A stretch of 64,000 bases of DNA, from positions 5,760,001 to 5,824,000 of the forward strand of contig CM000151.3 of NCBI GenBank assembly GCA_000004695.1. The letters run 5' to 3'. The position numbers were made by a program, and so were the translations under genes. Origin of the DNA: Dictyostelium discoideum. Taxonomy: Eukaryota. Each line of letters begins with the position of its first letter. Positions within the stretch are counted from its first letter, which is position 1. This document shows, one piece after another, positions 15,627-29,523 of this stretch. The notes under the pieces were generated by a model. The model ran no database searches and was not told the origin of the DNA. It saw nothing but the letters and a program-made list of their open reading frames with translations.

Positions 15627-16447
15627 AAAGAAATATTTTGTATGTTGTTTTTTTAATTTTAATTTTAATAGAATAAAAAAAAAAAAATAATAATAATAAT
15701 TAAAATTATAATTATATTAATTATTTATAATATTATTTAAGTAAATAATTAAAAAATAAAGTTGTTCACAAAGTATATTAAAACTAAATTTATATATAAA
15801 ACATCTTTTTTTTTATTAAATTATTTTTTTTATTTTTTATCGAAATACTTTGAACTTTTTTTTTTTTTTTTTCCTTTTTTTTTTTCTTTTTTCTTTTTTT
15901 TTTTTTTTTTCATATTTTTTAAATATTTTAATATATAACTCATATTGACTATATTTCTTCATTCCTCTTTTACAAATATTTTTAGAAAATAAATAATTAA
16001 ATAATTAAATAATTTTTTTTTTAATAAAATAAATTATATTTATAATAATATAAATATTAAAATAAATAAAAAAAAAAAAAAAAAAAAAAAAAATAGAACA
16101 TAAATAATTTTAAAAAAATAAATAATAATTAAATTTTAAAATTTAAAATATAATAATTAAGTTTAAAAAATAAAATATTTAAAATAATAATAAAAATAAA
16201 AAAATAAATAAATAAATAATAATAAATAATAAATAATAAAATAAATAATAATAAAATAAATAATAATAAAATAATAATAATATCATAAAGTTTTAAAATT
16301 AATAATATTTATTTATATTTTAAAATTTTACAATTTTATTAAAATTGTTCTTAAATTTTATTTAGACAAAAAATAAAAAAAAAAAAAAAAAAAAATAAAA
16401 TAATAAAATAAAATAATAAAAAAAATAATAAAAAAAATAAAAATACA
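14335..16447. promoter_or_regulatory. 2.1-kb extremely AT-rich divergent intergenic/promoter region between the PTEN-like gene (minus) and the AT-hook gene (plus).
   Basis: It lies between two divergently oriented start codons. It is more than 90% A+T, rich in homopolymers, and has no ORFs. Dictyostelium promoters lie within such tracts. No specific element could be assigned. Confidence 0.4.
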
Positions 16448-17618
16448 ATGAAAATTAAATTCCATTCATATAAAACTAGTTTAAGTTTTTCAGAATATAA
16501 GGATGAATTTGAAAAACAAAGATTAACAATTGAACCATATAGATGTGTTCAAAATTGTGGTATTACACAAAATGGACAAGATAAATTAGTTTATCCAAAC
16601 CCTAAAGAAACCTCAAGATATGGCGATGCAAATCATTTCTTTAATCCAAACAATGGAGAGAATGAAAATTATTATGAAAATGTAAATTATGATAGAATAT
16701 TTCAAAGTGATGATACTCCATCTATTAACACAAATACTCAATCAAATAATAATAGTAATAATAATAGTAATAATAATAATATTAATAATAATAATATTAA
16801 TAATAATAATAATAATAATACAACAATAACTAGACAACCAAATTATGTAAGTAGTAGTGGTAGACAAGTATTTCAGCAATATAATGGTGTATTAAATAAT
16901 ACAAAAGAACCTTATCAAAAATCAGATAAATCTTTAGAAAAAGAAAGATCATTAGAAAAGGAAAAATCTGAAAAATCATTAGATAAGTTTTTTGAAAAAG
17001 AAAAGGAAAAAGAAAAGGAAAAAGATAAAGATATTGGTTCAAATACTCCAAATATTAATTCAACAACAAATGGTGTTGTTTGTTCACCACCCGCTTTGAA
17101 TTTAGGTGATTCAGTTGGTGTGGGTGGTAAAAAGAGAAAGAAGGATGTGGGCATTGATGGAAAAAGAAAACCTGGTAGACCAAAGAAATATAGACCAGAG
17201 GAAAATATTACAGGTGGTGGTGGTGGTGCTTCAACTGGTGGTGGTGTTGGTGGTAAAGGTGTAAAAGGTAATCCTAAATTCATTAAAAATCAATCTTCCT
17301 CTTCTTCAACTCCAAATACACCAGTGTCCTCAAATACTTCATTAGTGGATGCTAATGCTAATAATAGTTTATCAAATACACCACAACAAAATCCATCATC
17401 ACTCTATTCAACTCTTGATGAGTCTGAGCATTCATATGATGATAGTGATAGTGAATTAATGTCAGAATCTGAAGAGAGTGAAGAGGTTGAATCTGATATT
17501 GAATTGGTCGTAAAAAGAGGTCCTGGTAGACCACCAAAATATTCAAAATCTACAACTCCTCTATCTCAATCTACAAATTCTACACCAGTTGTAAGTGGTA
17601 AAAAACCACAACCACCTC

Positions 17619-17679
<61 letters not shown>

Positions 17680-18322
17680 CCAACAACAACAACAACAACA
17701 CCAACAACAACAACAACAACAACAACAACAGCAGCAACAATCACAACTTCAACAACAACAACAACTACAACAAATACCAAACTCAAATTCACCATTATTT
17801 TCATTATTAACTCCAAATTCAACACCAATTCAACCATCAAAGAAACAATCACCATCACAAAACTCTCAACAATCACCAACATCACTACATCATAGTCAAT
17901 CACAAGAACAAGAAGCAGAACAAGAAGCAGACCAAGAATCAAAAGAAGAAGCTCAAGGTAGAAGAAGAACAGTAATTCCTAATCAACAACTGTTAGCCAC
18001 ACTCTTACCAAAAAGAAAATATACAAAGAGAAGTTCATTAAATGCTTCAGGAAATGATATTCAAACCAATACAAATGGTACTACTAACTCCTCAAATAAT
18101 AATAATAATAATATTAATAACACAAATTCAACTCAAATAAATACAAAAGAAACTGACAGTGAGGATGAATATCATAAATCTGGTTCTGATAATTCAGAAT
18201 ATGAGTCAAACTTTAATTCAAACAATAATGAAAATAATAGCATTAATAACTCTAATGAGCCAACTGATAATACTATTGGAAATGTTAATAATAGTATTGA
18301 AAACACGAATAATAATAATATA

Positions 18323-18356
<34 letters not shown>

Positions 18357-18556
18357 GTAACAATATTAATAACAACAATAATAGTAATAACAATATAAAT
18401 AATAATATAAATAACAACCAAGTCAAACAAGATGATAGTGTTTTGGGACATTTAAATCGTCATATACAGTCCATTCAAATTAATAGACCCAAAGAAAAAA
18501 ATGAAGGCAATAGACCTAAACTTACACCTTTCAACCTTTTTAAATCTTTACCCGAA

Positions 18557-18625
<69 letters not shown>

Positions 18626-19105
18626 CAAAATAATAATCAAAATAATAGTAATAATAACAATAATAATAACAATCATAATAATAGTAATAATAATAATAAT
18701 AATAACAATCATAATAATAGTAATAATAATAATAATAATAATCAAAATAATAATCAAAATAATAATCAAAATATTAATAATCAAAATAATAATCAAAATA
18801 ATAATCAAAATAATCAAAACAATAATAATAATATTGAAAAAGAGATGGAAATTGAAAATTCACAACCTGTACAATCTCAAATTACAATCTCCAAAAATAT
18901 AAACGAGGAAGCCCCTTTAAAAAGAGGTCCTGGTAGACCAAGAAAATCAAAGTTATCATCTGCATTGGTTGAAAAAACAGCCAATATAAACTCAAATAAC
19001 ATCGTCACAAACGATAACGAATTGAACAATGTCGATAAAAATTCATCAACGAATCCAGTTGAAGATGGCCCAAAGGAAAAACCAGTCGAGCAAATAACAA
19101 CTTAA
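16448..19105 (+). CDS. AT-hook-containing low-complexity protein, 885 aa, N/Q/S-rich and probably nuclear.
   Basis: This is a single long ORF starting at ATG 16448. It carries three AT-hook cores, GKRKPGRPKKYRPEE, KRGPGRPPKYSKS and KRGPGRPRKSKLS, embedded in poly-N, poly-Q and acidic-Ser tracts. The coding microsatellites include (AAT)n and (CAA)n. Confidence 0.6.
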
Positions 19106-20631
19106 AATAAATTGGCCTCTCAAAAAATACAACAAACTTCTTTTTTATTTTTTTTTTTTTATTTTTTTTTTATTAACCCAAAATAAACATTCCTTTACCA
19201 AGTTTTTTTTCAATTTCTCTAGTTTTTTTTTTTCTTTTTCAATTTTTTTTAAAATTTTTTTTTTTATTTCAACAAAAATGGAAACCTATCAAAGTATACC
19301 CTTGGTATGTCGTCAACTTAAATTCTTTATCTTTAAAAATTGTTTTTTTTTTTTTTTTTTTTTTTTTTTGTTTTTTAAAAAAATAAAAATAGAAGATGTT
19401 CAATAATTTTTAAAAATAAAAGTTTAAACACAATAAAATTCATTTAAAAATAAAAAAAGAAATAAAAATAAAAAAATAAAAAAAAAATAAAAAAAAACAA
19501 TAATAAAAAAAAAAAATATATTTGTATTAAAAAAAAAAAAAAAAAAAAAAGATTATTCATATATTTAAAATACTTTAATTAATGTTTTAATATATTAAAA
19601 AAAAAGGGAAAAGAACTTAATGCATGAATAAAATTTTTTTTTTTTCTAAACACTTTTTTTTTTTAATTTTATTTTCTTTTTATATTTTATATTTATTTTT
19701 TACTTTAATTTTATTATTAATATTTTAATTATTTTTTTAAAAAATTAATTATAAATTAATTTAGTTTCAAAATATTCAATTTATACCTATTATTTATTTT
19801 TAATAGTTATATTGGATTATTAATATTAATATTATTTTTAATGGTAAAATCAAGAAAATTAAATAAAAGATTAATGGAGGAGGAAAAATGTAATATAATT
19901 TGTGAAAATACAATTAGAGAAAAGAATGGAACTATCAATTATTTAAAGAAAATGAATCAAAATTAGTATGTAGAGTTTATTGATTACAAAATGAAAATCA
20001 ATATTTGGATAGGATTTCAATAAAACTTTAAATGAAAAAGTAGAAACATTTGAAAAGGAAACAATTAGGATAAAAAATGAATTAGAAATTTATAAATCAG
20101 CATTTGAAAATAGAGAATTTGAAAATATAAATAAAAATAATATTAAATGGAGAGAAGAAGCGTTTTATCATATTTCAAATTTAAATGAATCTGGAATAAA
20201 ATTACTTTCCCAAAAAGATTAGCTTATTAATGAATTAAAATCTAAAATAAATATTATAACTTTAACTCATTGTATCGATTGTAATCCACCTGATCAAATT
20301 ATTGACAGTTTTAATTCCAAATTTTAATAATAATAATAATAATAAAAATAATAATAATAAAAATAAATAAAAAGATTTTACTATTTTTTTTTTTTTTGAA
20401 AATGGGTTAAAATTGAAATTGATAATATCCAAAACTTAAACTCAATATTTATTTGAACAATCCATAAAATTAAATAAATTTTAAAAAATTATAATATTTA
20501 TTGGTTTTTATTAATTATTTTAAATAAAAAAAAAAAAAATTAGGAAAAATAAAATAAAGATAATTGAAAATAAAATATTTTAATTAGTAGAATAAATTTT
20601 TAATTATTATTTATTGTTATTATTATTATTA

Positions 20632-20676
<45 letters not shown>

Positions 20677-20688
20677 TAATAAATAAAA

Positions 20689-23600
20689 TTAAAATACAGA
20701 ATACTTTCCAGTACTTTGATGAGTTGATTGAACTTCGTCGAGAATCTTTTTAATATCAGATTTTGCATTTTTGACAGATGCATCAGATGGACCTTCAATA
20801 TATAAATATAATTTTCTTTCACCTGGAGCTGGTATTTTATTTGGTGGAAAGAATGTACCTTTTGTTGTAATTGTAGTATTTGTAAAATTGGTAATTTCAA
20901 GTAAAGCATCCTATAAATTTATAAAAAAAAAAAAAAAAAAAAAAAAATTTAATATTACTGTATTCAAAATAATAAAAATTGCTAAAATAAATTTTAAAAA
21001 AAAAAGTACTTACTTTATGAGTAACTTTCCAACGAGCTTGTTGAGAATAATCATTAATTTCTAATTCTTCAATGAAATGAGTTTGATTTAATGGAGTTAT
21101 TTGATTATTTAATTTTTGAATATTACCTTTCATACCTAATTGAGCGGCCAATTGAAGTTTTTTAATTGCTTCTTCGGAGGAGGTAACTTGTGAAATACCA
21201 AATATTTGATTGATAGCCTGTTGACCCACAGGAACTGAAGGATCGGTTTGAAGTAATGAAGAAGGTGTAATGATTGTACCATCTACACCAGGTATGACGA
21301 TAGTATTAGTGGTAGCAGGATCCAATTTTTCTTTTTCAGATAATAATTGTTTTTCTTTTTCAGCGGAAGCAGCGGCCAATTTCTCCTTTTCAGCTTTTTC
21401 TTTATCTTCATCCTCTTCTTCTTCTTCCTCTTCGATACCATATGCTTTTCTTTGTTGTTTTCTTTCAATATTCTTTTTATCCTCTTCGGCAGCATCAAAT
21501 TTATGACCTCTACCAGTGAAACCGGTTGGTGCCAATAGTACATCCTTACCTTCTTTTCTCTTTTTCTCGTAGGTATCATTCAATTTTCTAAGTTCATCGG
21601 GTACTTTTGAACCAGATTGTTCCAAAGCTTTAATGATTGACGAAGAGAATCTCTCTTCGTCGGGTGTGATAAATGTATAAGCAGTACCACGATTTCCTGC
21701 TCTACCAGTTCTACCTACCCTATGAACATAATCTTCCAAATGATCAGGGCAATCGAAATTAACCACAAGATTTAAATCTTTGATATCCAAACCACGTGAT
21801 GCCAATGGTGTAGCGATTAAAATGGTTTTAACCTTATTTTTAAAGTCACTAATGGTTTCATCACGATCGGTTTGATCTTTACTACCATGTAATGATAGAC
21901 ATTGATATTGAGAGTTTGAAAGTTGACGATATAGATTGTCGGTGGTCTCTTGACGATTGGTAAAGATTAAAATCTGACCTTTATGATACCAAATCGATAG
22001 CAATTCTATTAAACGTCTAAATCTAGTTTCAGTTGGACGTACCTCTACAAATTGTTCAATATCTGATGAAACTATACTTCTACCACCAGCAATGATTTCC
22101 AATGGTTTGTTTAGGATCTTCTTTGCGACATTCTCAACTTTTGGAGGAAAAGTTGCAGAGAACATAATGGTTTGACGATCGGGTCTAATACTATCGACGA
22201 TACAATTAATTTGTGGACCAAAACCCATATCAAACATACGATCGGCTTCATCCAACACCAAGAATGTTACACGTCTTAGGTTGGTGATACGTCGATTATT
22301 TGCACATAAAATATCGATCATACGACCTGGTGTGCAAACGACAATATCGGCACCTCTTTTCAATTCGGCTATTTGTTCACTTATACTTGCACCACCATAA
22401 ACACAAGCGGTACGTAATCCAAGTACTTTTGAAAACTTTTTACATTCAACATGAATTTGAAGTGCCAATTCTCTAGTTGGTGACATAATCAATGCAATCA
22501 TACCTTCACCAGGTGCAGATTTTGGTTGTGCCAGTATATGACGAAACATTGGTAAAAGGAATGCCAATGTTTTACCGGAACCAGTTCTGGCAATACCAAT
22601 TAAATCACGACCATTCATAATTGCAGGTATAGTTTGTGCTTGAATTGATGTTGGTTTTTCATATTGAAATTTCTTTAATAGTAAATGAACCTTTTCAGTT
22701 AACCCAGCTTGTGCCCATGATTGAATTGGTTTTGGACAATCTTTACCAGTGATTTTCACACCCAATTCTGATCGAAAATCCAATACCTCTGTTTCAGTCA
22801 TATTGGCCAATACTGGCACTTCAATATAAAAATTCTTTTGAAATTCTGCATACTTTATTGAGGTATGATCAGTATGTAACATCTCTTTCTTTCCTTTTTT
22901 AATGGTTTTATCTTTACCATCATCCTCACCCTCTGATTCCTCCTCTAATTTCTCATCATCATCAATCATTTGTGATGTTTTTGATTTCTTTAAATTTAAA
23001 TTTGCTTCTTTATTTAAATTTTCCATATATGCATCTAATGGATCTATATCATCATCTTCTTCAATTGATTGTTTTATTGTAGTTGTATTTATAGTAGCTG
23101 ATGTTGTTGTTGCTGCTGCTGCTGGTATATTTGCAGTTGGTGGTAATTTTATTTCTTTTTGTTCTATATTTGTATTAACTAATGGTTGAGCTGTTTCTTC
23201 CTCTTCTTCTAAACTCCATTTCTTTTTTATTGGTGATGTTGTAGCTGTTTGCTGTTGTTGTGATGGTATTGTCAATGGTGATGTTGTAGCTGTTGTTGTT
23301 GCTGCTGTTGTTTTTGTTGTTGTTGTTGTTGTTGTTGGTGGAGAAGAAGTAGATCCGCTATTACTACTTCCTGAAGCTTTTAATTCTTGTTCCAATTTTT
23401 GTTTTCTCCATTGTTCAACTTTTTCTCTTCTCTTTTTCATCTCCTCTTCTAAATTTGCTTGTTCAATTTTCTTTTCATTCTCTCTTTCTTGTTTTAATCT
23501 CTCTTGTTCAATTGCTAATTGTTGTGGAGTTTGTTGAAATTGAATTGCTTCGGTTGCAACTCTTTGTTGTTGTTGTTGTTGAAAAACTGGTTGTTGTTGT

Positions 23601-24036
23601 TGTTGTTGTTGTTGATAAACTGGTGGTTGTTGATAAATTGGTGGTGGTTGATGATGTTGAAATATTGGTGGTTGTTGTTGTTTTTGTTGTTGTTGAAATA
23701 TTGGTGGTTGTGGTTGTTGTTGTTTTTGTTGATACATTGGTTGTTGATACATTGGTTGCTGTTTAAAAATTGGTTGGTTTGATATCATTGGTGGTTGTTG
23801 TGGTGCTTGAATTGGAATTGTTTCAGGTGCTTGATCAAATCTAGATTTTCTAGGCTTAGCTGGTGGTGGTGCCTGTATATGTGGTTGTTGTTGTGTTTGT
23901 GTTTGTTGTTGTGGTGGTTGTGAAGGTACATATGATGAGTTTTGTTGTTGTTGTTGTTGTTGTGGTGGTGATTGTTGATGGTGATTTTGATATTTATTTT
24001 GGCTGCTATAATTTCTATCATCCCTATAACCATTTC

Positions 24037-24094
<58 letters not shown>

Positions 24095-24247
24095 ATGACT
24101 TCTATCATCTCTATAATATCTATCGTCTTTTCTATCATCTCTATAATTATTACCACTTGACCCATGTGAATTTCTATTATCATTCGAAGATCTACTTCTA
24201 TCTGATCCTCCATGTTCTAATCTCCTTTTTTTATCATATTCATCCAT
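20689..24247 (-). CDS. helB1: ATP-dependent RNA helicase DDX46/Prp5 (DEAD-box). It has two exons, join(21014..24247, 20689..20910), 1151 aa.
   Basis: It has an RS/RD-rich N-terminus, poly-Q and an acidic region. The full DEAD-box core is present: Q-motif, GSGKT, PTRELA, DEAD, SAT, HRVGRTGRAG. The C-terminus reads ...ELEINDYSQQARWKVTHK, followed by a GTAAGT donor at 21013-21008, a 103-nt intron and a TTATAG acceptor. The last exon reads DALLEITNFTNTTITTKGTFFPPNKIPAPGERKLYLYIEG...KYSVF*, which matches the conserved DDX46 C-terminal tail. Confidence 0.9.
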
Positions 24248-24537
24248 TTTAACTATTCTTTATTTGTTTAAACAAAAATATTAAAAAAAATAAAAAAATG
24301 AAAAATGAAAAAAAAAAAAAAAAAAAATAAAAAAATATGTGGAAAATGAAAAAAAAAAAAAAAAAAATAAAAATAAATAAAAATTGTATTTGTAGTTTTT
24401 TCAACAATTAATTTAATTTATTTTTAAAATAAAAATAAAAATAGAAAAATTTATTTTCATTTTTTTATTTTTTATATTTTATTTTTTTATTTTTTTTATT
24501 TTTTTATTTTTTTATTTTTTTATTTTTTTAATATATT

Positions 24538-26400
24538 TTAAAATAATCTTCTTTTAATTTCTTTCTTTAAATAAAATAATTCTTTATCACTATTACTACC
24601 AATGAAACCTTTATTTTCATGCATTCTTCTAATTAAATAAGGTAAAACTTCTTCAACCGGACCAAACGGTACATATTTGAAAATTCTTTGATGTTGATCC
24701 ACCAAATTAAAACTAAGGAAATCGGCCATACCAAATAATTGACCAAATTGTATATTTGGATTAGTTGGATCAATTTTATATTGTTTAATTAATTTTGTAC
24801 CTAAATTGATTGAATCTTCATTATGTGAAGCTATCATGAGACCAATTGAATTTGGATCGGATTTAATTTGATTCAATAAGAAATCCAATGCTGTATTATA
24901 ACTTTTATGTGTATCTTGAATTGTTGGTAAGACTGGATTTTCAGTTGACAATCTTTGAGAACGTTCACTCTCTGTAACCATATAAGCACCACGTACGATT
25001 TTAGCACCCAATTTAAAGTTAAACTTTTGTGATGACGATAGCTCAAAATGTTGTTTCAATACATTCATACCATTAACTAAATACATTTGATAGGTATTGT
25101 AAATTATTGGTTTCTCTTTATTATACTTAATTGAATAGGACATTGTTAAATGGTGAATTGCAACTTGATAATAACTTTGTTCGGCATCCACTAAAATCGG
25201 TACACCACGTTGATGACATAATTGAAAAATCTTGTCCATTCTATTAAAGAATTCTTTAATCTCTTTGATATCTTTACTTGTTAACAATGGTTCACTTCCT
25301 TGTTTCATCAATGATGATGATTGATTTAAATAGAAATCCAATGGTGAATTAAATGATTCAATTGGTAATTCCGATACATTGGTTGTTACATTGGATACTA
25401 AAGTATTCATTTTCTCCAATACTGATGGTGTAACCAATCCTGTGAACTTAACACAACTGAATGAATTGGTTGGATTCTTTGCTGCAACTCTAATGGTTTC
25501 ACAAATATTCTCTGCAACACTATCGAAACCTTCTGAACTACCTGCCAACTCTTCAATTGCATAATCTAAAATTGTACCAATACCTAATTTATTTAATTTC
25601 TCTGTAAATATTTCAGTTTCTCTAATTGTCTCTCCTGCGCAAAATTGTTTAAAAAATGAATATTTAATGAAAAAATTTAATGGTTTTGACAATCCTAATC
25701 TATAAATTTAATTTAAAAAAAAATAAAAAATAAAAAAAAAAGTGGGTTAATTTTTTTTTTTTTTTTTGTTTAAATAATATAAAATAAAAAAAATGAATAG
25801 AAAAAAAAAAATAAAATAAAATAAAATAAAATAAAAAACTTACTTTTCAAATAAATTTAAAAATTTTTGACTATTATCAGAAATAAAATTAATTGAACAA
25901 ACTTTTAAAATCATAAAAGTAAAAAATAATTCACCTGTTGATTTTGAAACATATAATTTTGAAGTATCCAAATCCAATTTATTATTATTTTGGTTATTTG
26001 GAGGACCAAATTTATCATCTTTTTCAAAATTATTATTATTATTATTATAATTTTTATTATTTACATTGTTGGTTTGATTTGAATGATTTTCATTTAATGT
26101 ATCCAAAATTGAATTTGGTGTTGAAATTGTTGAAAATTTAACAACATTTAAATCATTATTAATAATGTTATTACTATTATTGTTATTACTATTATTATTA
26201 TTATTTATGATTGTAGAATTAATTGAAATTGGTGTTTGAATATTACTATTACTGCTATTATGATTTAGTGTTGTATTAAATCTTTTTATTGTACCAAAGC
26301 CACTTTTTAATGAGCTATTAATATTATTATTATTATTATTTCTAATATTAATAAAAGTATTACTATTTTTATTTATTATTCTAACTGTATTTTTTATCAT
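24538..26400 (-). CDS. prodh: Proline dehydrogenase (proline oxidase), mitochondrial. It has two exons, join(25844..26400, 24538..25699), about 572 aa.
   Basis: Exon 1 encodes an N-terminal presequence-like region and an N-rich tract, ending ...KVCSINFISDNSQKFLNLFEK. The phase-2 donor GTAAGT is at 25843-25838. Exon 2 begins LGLSKPLNFFIKYSFFKQFCAGET and continues with VDAEQS, GAKIVRGAYM, ASHNE and FGQLFGMAD, which are the PRODH signature blocks. Confidence 0.85.
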
Positions 26401-26909
26401 TTAAAAATTTGTAATAATTGGATTTATCTGAAAATATATGTATAAAATCTATTATTAAATTATAATTTTAATTATTAATAATTTTTTATTTTTTTTTAGT
26501 TTTTAAGTTTTTAGTTTTTTAAGTTTTTAGTTATTTTTGATATAGGTGACAAAATAAATATTAATTTATTGTTAAAAAATTTTTTGTTTTATTTGTTTTG
26601 TTTTATAATTTATAAATTGAATTAATATAAAAAAGGAAAAAGACTTAAAAAAAATAAAAAAATAAAAAAAAAAATAAAAAAAATAAAAAAATAAAAAAAA
26701 AAATAAAAAACTATTAAATTAAAATAAAATTAATTTAAAATAAAAAGAAAAATAAAAAAAAAGTGTGTGTGTGTGTTTATTTATGAATGGTTTATACCTG
26801 TGTGAAAAAAAAAAATATAAAATAAAATAAAATATAAAAAAAAAAAAAAAAAAAAAATTCGGTTGATTTGTTGGAAATTTTTTTTTTTGATTAGTGCACG
26901 AAGAAATTT

Positions 26910-26961
<52 letters not shown>

Positions 26962-27521
26962 GTTTGGGTGGTGACATTTGGGACCAGGTCTAAAAATCAA
27001 AAAAAACAAAAAAATTGTAAAAAAATCAAAAAAAAAAAAATCAAAAAAAAAAATCAAAAAAAAAAAATAATAATAAAAAATTCCAATTAAATTTAGTTAA
27101 AATCAAAAAAAATTTAATTTGGAGTAATATAAAATAATTTCTTTTTTTTTTTTCCTTTTTCTCTGGAAGAAATTGGTCAGAAAATCATATTGTAATACAT
27201 TTATAGAAATCAAACAAGGTTATATTTATTATAATATTCCAAAATAAATTAATTTTTTCAACATTATATCAATTTTATAAAAAAAAGCCATATAGAAATT
27301 CCACCAATATCTACATTTAAAGAAACTTTTATAATATTATAATTAAAACTATTATTATTATTGTTATAATTTTATTATAATTTATAGTTGGAATAAATTA
27401 ATTTCTTTAAATTTTTTTTTATTTTTTTATTTTTTTATTTTTTTTTTTATTTTTTTATTTTTTTTTATCTTTTATATTTGTTATTTATTAATTTTCCCCA
27501 ATAAACTTAATTAAAAATTAA

Positions 27522-28532
27522 TTAATTTGAAGAAGAATTTAAAAAATCAACAAAAGAATCAGCAATTAAATGAGGTTGTGGTGGGTGTAATTGAGCAAAT
27601 TTATAAAATTGTCTTCTTTGGTTTCTCAATTCCACTAAATTTAATTTACTATGAATTACAACTCTTTTCTCAGTACCTGGTACTTTAATATAATCACCAA
27701 CCATTGATGATTGGAGTGCATCTGAAATAACACTTGTTATCTCTTGTGTTTTCGTTTCTAATTCATGTACAAAATTTGCTGGTGATAATGATTGCTTTTT
27801 TTTTTTTAAAAAAAAAAATAATAAAAATAATAATAATAAGTATTAATAAAACAATAGAATTAATAAAATGTAAATTTAAAATAAAACTTACAGATTGAGT
27901 TGCATAATTTGGTCTTAATTCTTGAACTTCAAATAAAGTTTTAAATAATAATTCATGTGGTAATGTATGTTGTGGTTCTAAAGTGAATAAAGGTGAATCC
28001 CATCTATTCTTTGGATTTGGTACTTCAAATCTATTTGTTAACTCATCTAATAATTTCTCAGAATATGCAACTGATTGATCCCTTTCTTGATTCCATTTTT
28101 TAGCTAAATCTCTTGGTGTATTACAATAAAGCTATATTATTATTATTATTTATTAGTATTAGCGTATTTCTATATATAAATTTTAAAATATATATAGATA
28201 GATAGATAGATAGATATACATACAACTAATAATCTTGTACCGGCAGCTCTTGCAATACAATAAAGTTCATATCTATAACCTTTAATATAATTTAATGAAT
28301 CTGAAATGACTACAGTATCTTTTGAAAGATTTCTATCGGTTGCACCTTTAAGTGAACCTCTTGTCATCTTTTCTGTGAGTGAATCTTTATAACCTTCATT
28401 TTTATTTATTAATAATGATTCTTCATTTATAATTATAACTTTTTTACCGAGATTTGTAAAATGTTCATATAATTCTTTTGCTCTTGTTGTTTTACCACTA
28501 CATGGTGGTCCACTTAATACAATTAATGGCAT
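27522..28532 (-). CDS. kti12: KTI12 homolog (P-loop ATPase, Elongator-associated). It has three exons, join(28224..28532, 27892..28131, 27522..27794), 273 aa.
   Basis: Exon 1 reads MPLIVLSGPPCSGKTTRAKEL...VISDSLNYIKGYRYELYCIARAAGTRLLV, followed by a GTATGT donor. Exon 2 reads LYCNTPRDLAKKWNQERDQ...ELRPNYATQS, followed by a GTAAGT donor at 27891-27886. Exon 3 reads QSLSPANF...VELRNQRRQFYKFAQLHPPQPHLIADSFVDFLNSSSN*. This is collinear with human KTI12, including the C-terminal LSRLRRQFISYTKMHP region. Confidence 0.8.
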
Positions 28533-28734
28533 TATTATTTTTATTATTATTTGGTTATTTATTTATTATTATTTGCTTGTTAATTATATAATCGAAATTA
28601 AAAATTGAAAATTAAAAATAAAAATTGGAAGTGTGTGGGTTTGTTTTTAAATTATTTACTCGGATTTTTCTAAAAATAATAAAAATAATAAAAATAATGT
28701 TTTGTCGTTTTTGTGAAAATAAATTTTTAAAAAA

Positions 28735-28767
<33 letters not shown>

Positions 28768-28882
28768 TTAAAATTACAATCGAATTTATTCTTTTTTTTA
28801 TCCTCACAAAAATCTAAATAAAAAAAAAAGACTATTATATATATCTAATATAATATATATAATATATATCTCTCTTTTTCCG

Positions 28883-28913
<31 letters not shown>

Positions 28914-28918
28914 AAAAA

Positions 28919-29287
28919 ATGACATGTGGTGAAAAGCCAACATTTAAAGAATTATTTGTAGTTGCTGTATTGGATCATCCAATTGTGTTTGGCATTTTAT
29001 TTGGTTTAATGTTTATATCTATAGGGTTTATAGGTAACTTTTTAAAATTATATCTATTTTTTTATTTTACATATCCATATGTATATTTATATAATAAATA
29101 TTAATTTTTTTATTTTTTTTATTTTTTTTATTTTTTTTTTTTATTTTTTTTTTTTTAAAAAAAATTAATCACACACAATAAAGTCCATAACTTTAGAAAA
29201 TTTAAAGAAGAATTAGATTTAGCAGAAAAGGAGAGAGAAATGGAAGAAAAAGAAGAAGAGGAAAAAGAATCTAAAAAAAATAAATAA
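28919..29287 (+). CDS. Hypothetical small single-pass membrane protein with a charged C-tail. It has two exons, join(28919..29033, 29184..29287), 72 aa.
   Basis: It starts at an ATG after a long A-run and reads MTCGEKPTFKELFVVAVLDHPIVFGILFGLMFISIGFIG. A GTAACT donor and an AATAAAG acceptor restore an open frame reading VHNFRKFKEELDLAEKEREMEEKEEEEKESKKNK*. No family was recognised, so this is a speculative model. Confidence 0.3.
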
Positions 29288-29523
29288 TATTTATATAATA
29301 ATAATAAAAAAATAATAAAAATGTACATTAACAATGAATTAAAATTTATTTTATTTTCAAAGATCTTTTTTTAAAATTTTAGTTTATTATTTTATATATA
29401 TAATTATTTTAAAATTTGTAATTTTTTATTTTTTGGTCTATAAATAAACTTATTTTTTTTTATTTTTTTTTTAAATTATTTATTATTTAATTAATTATTT
29501 TAATTATTATTTAAATTATTATT

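Noticed and set aside
23455-24252. Several plus-strand ORFs (poly-V, poly-L/W, poly-Y) inside the 5' region of helB1
   Set aside because: They are antisense or alternate-frame readings of the Q/N-rich coding microsatellites of helB1.
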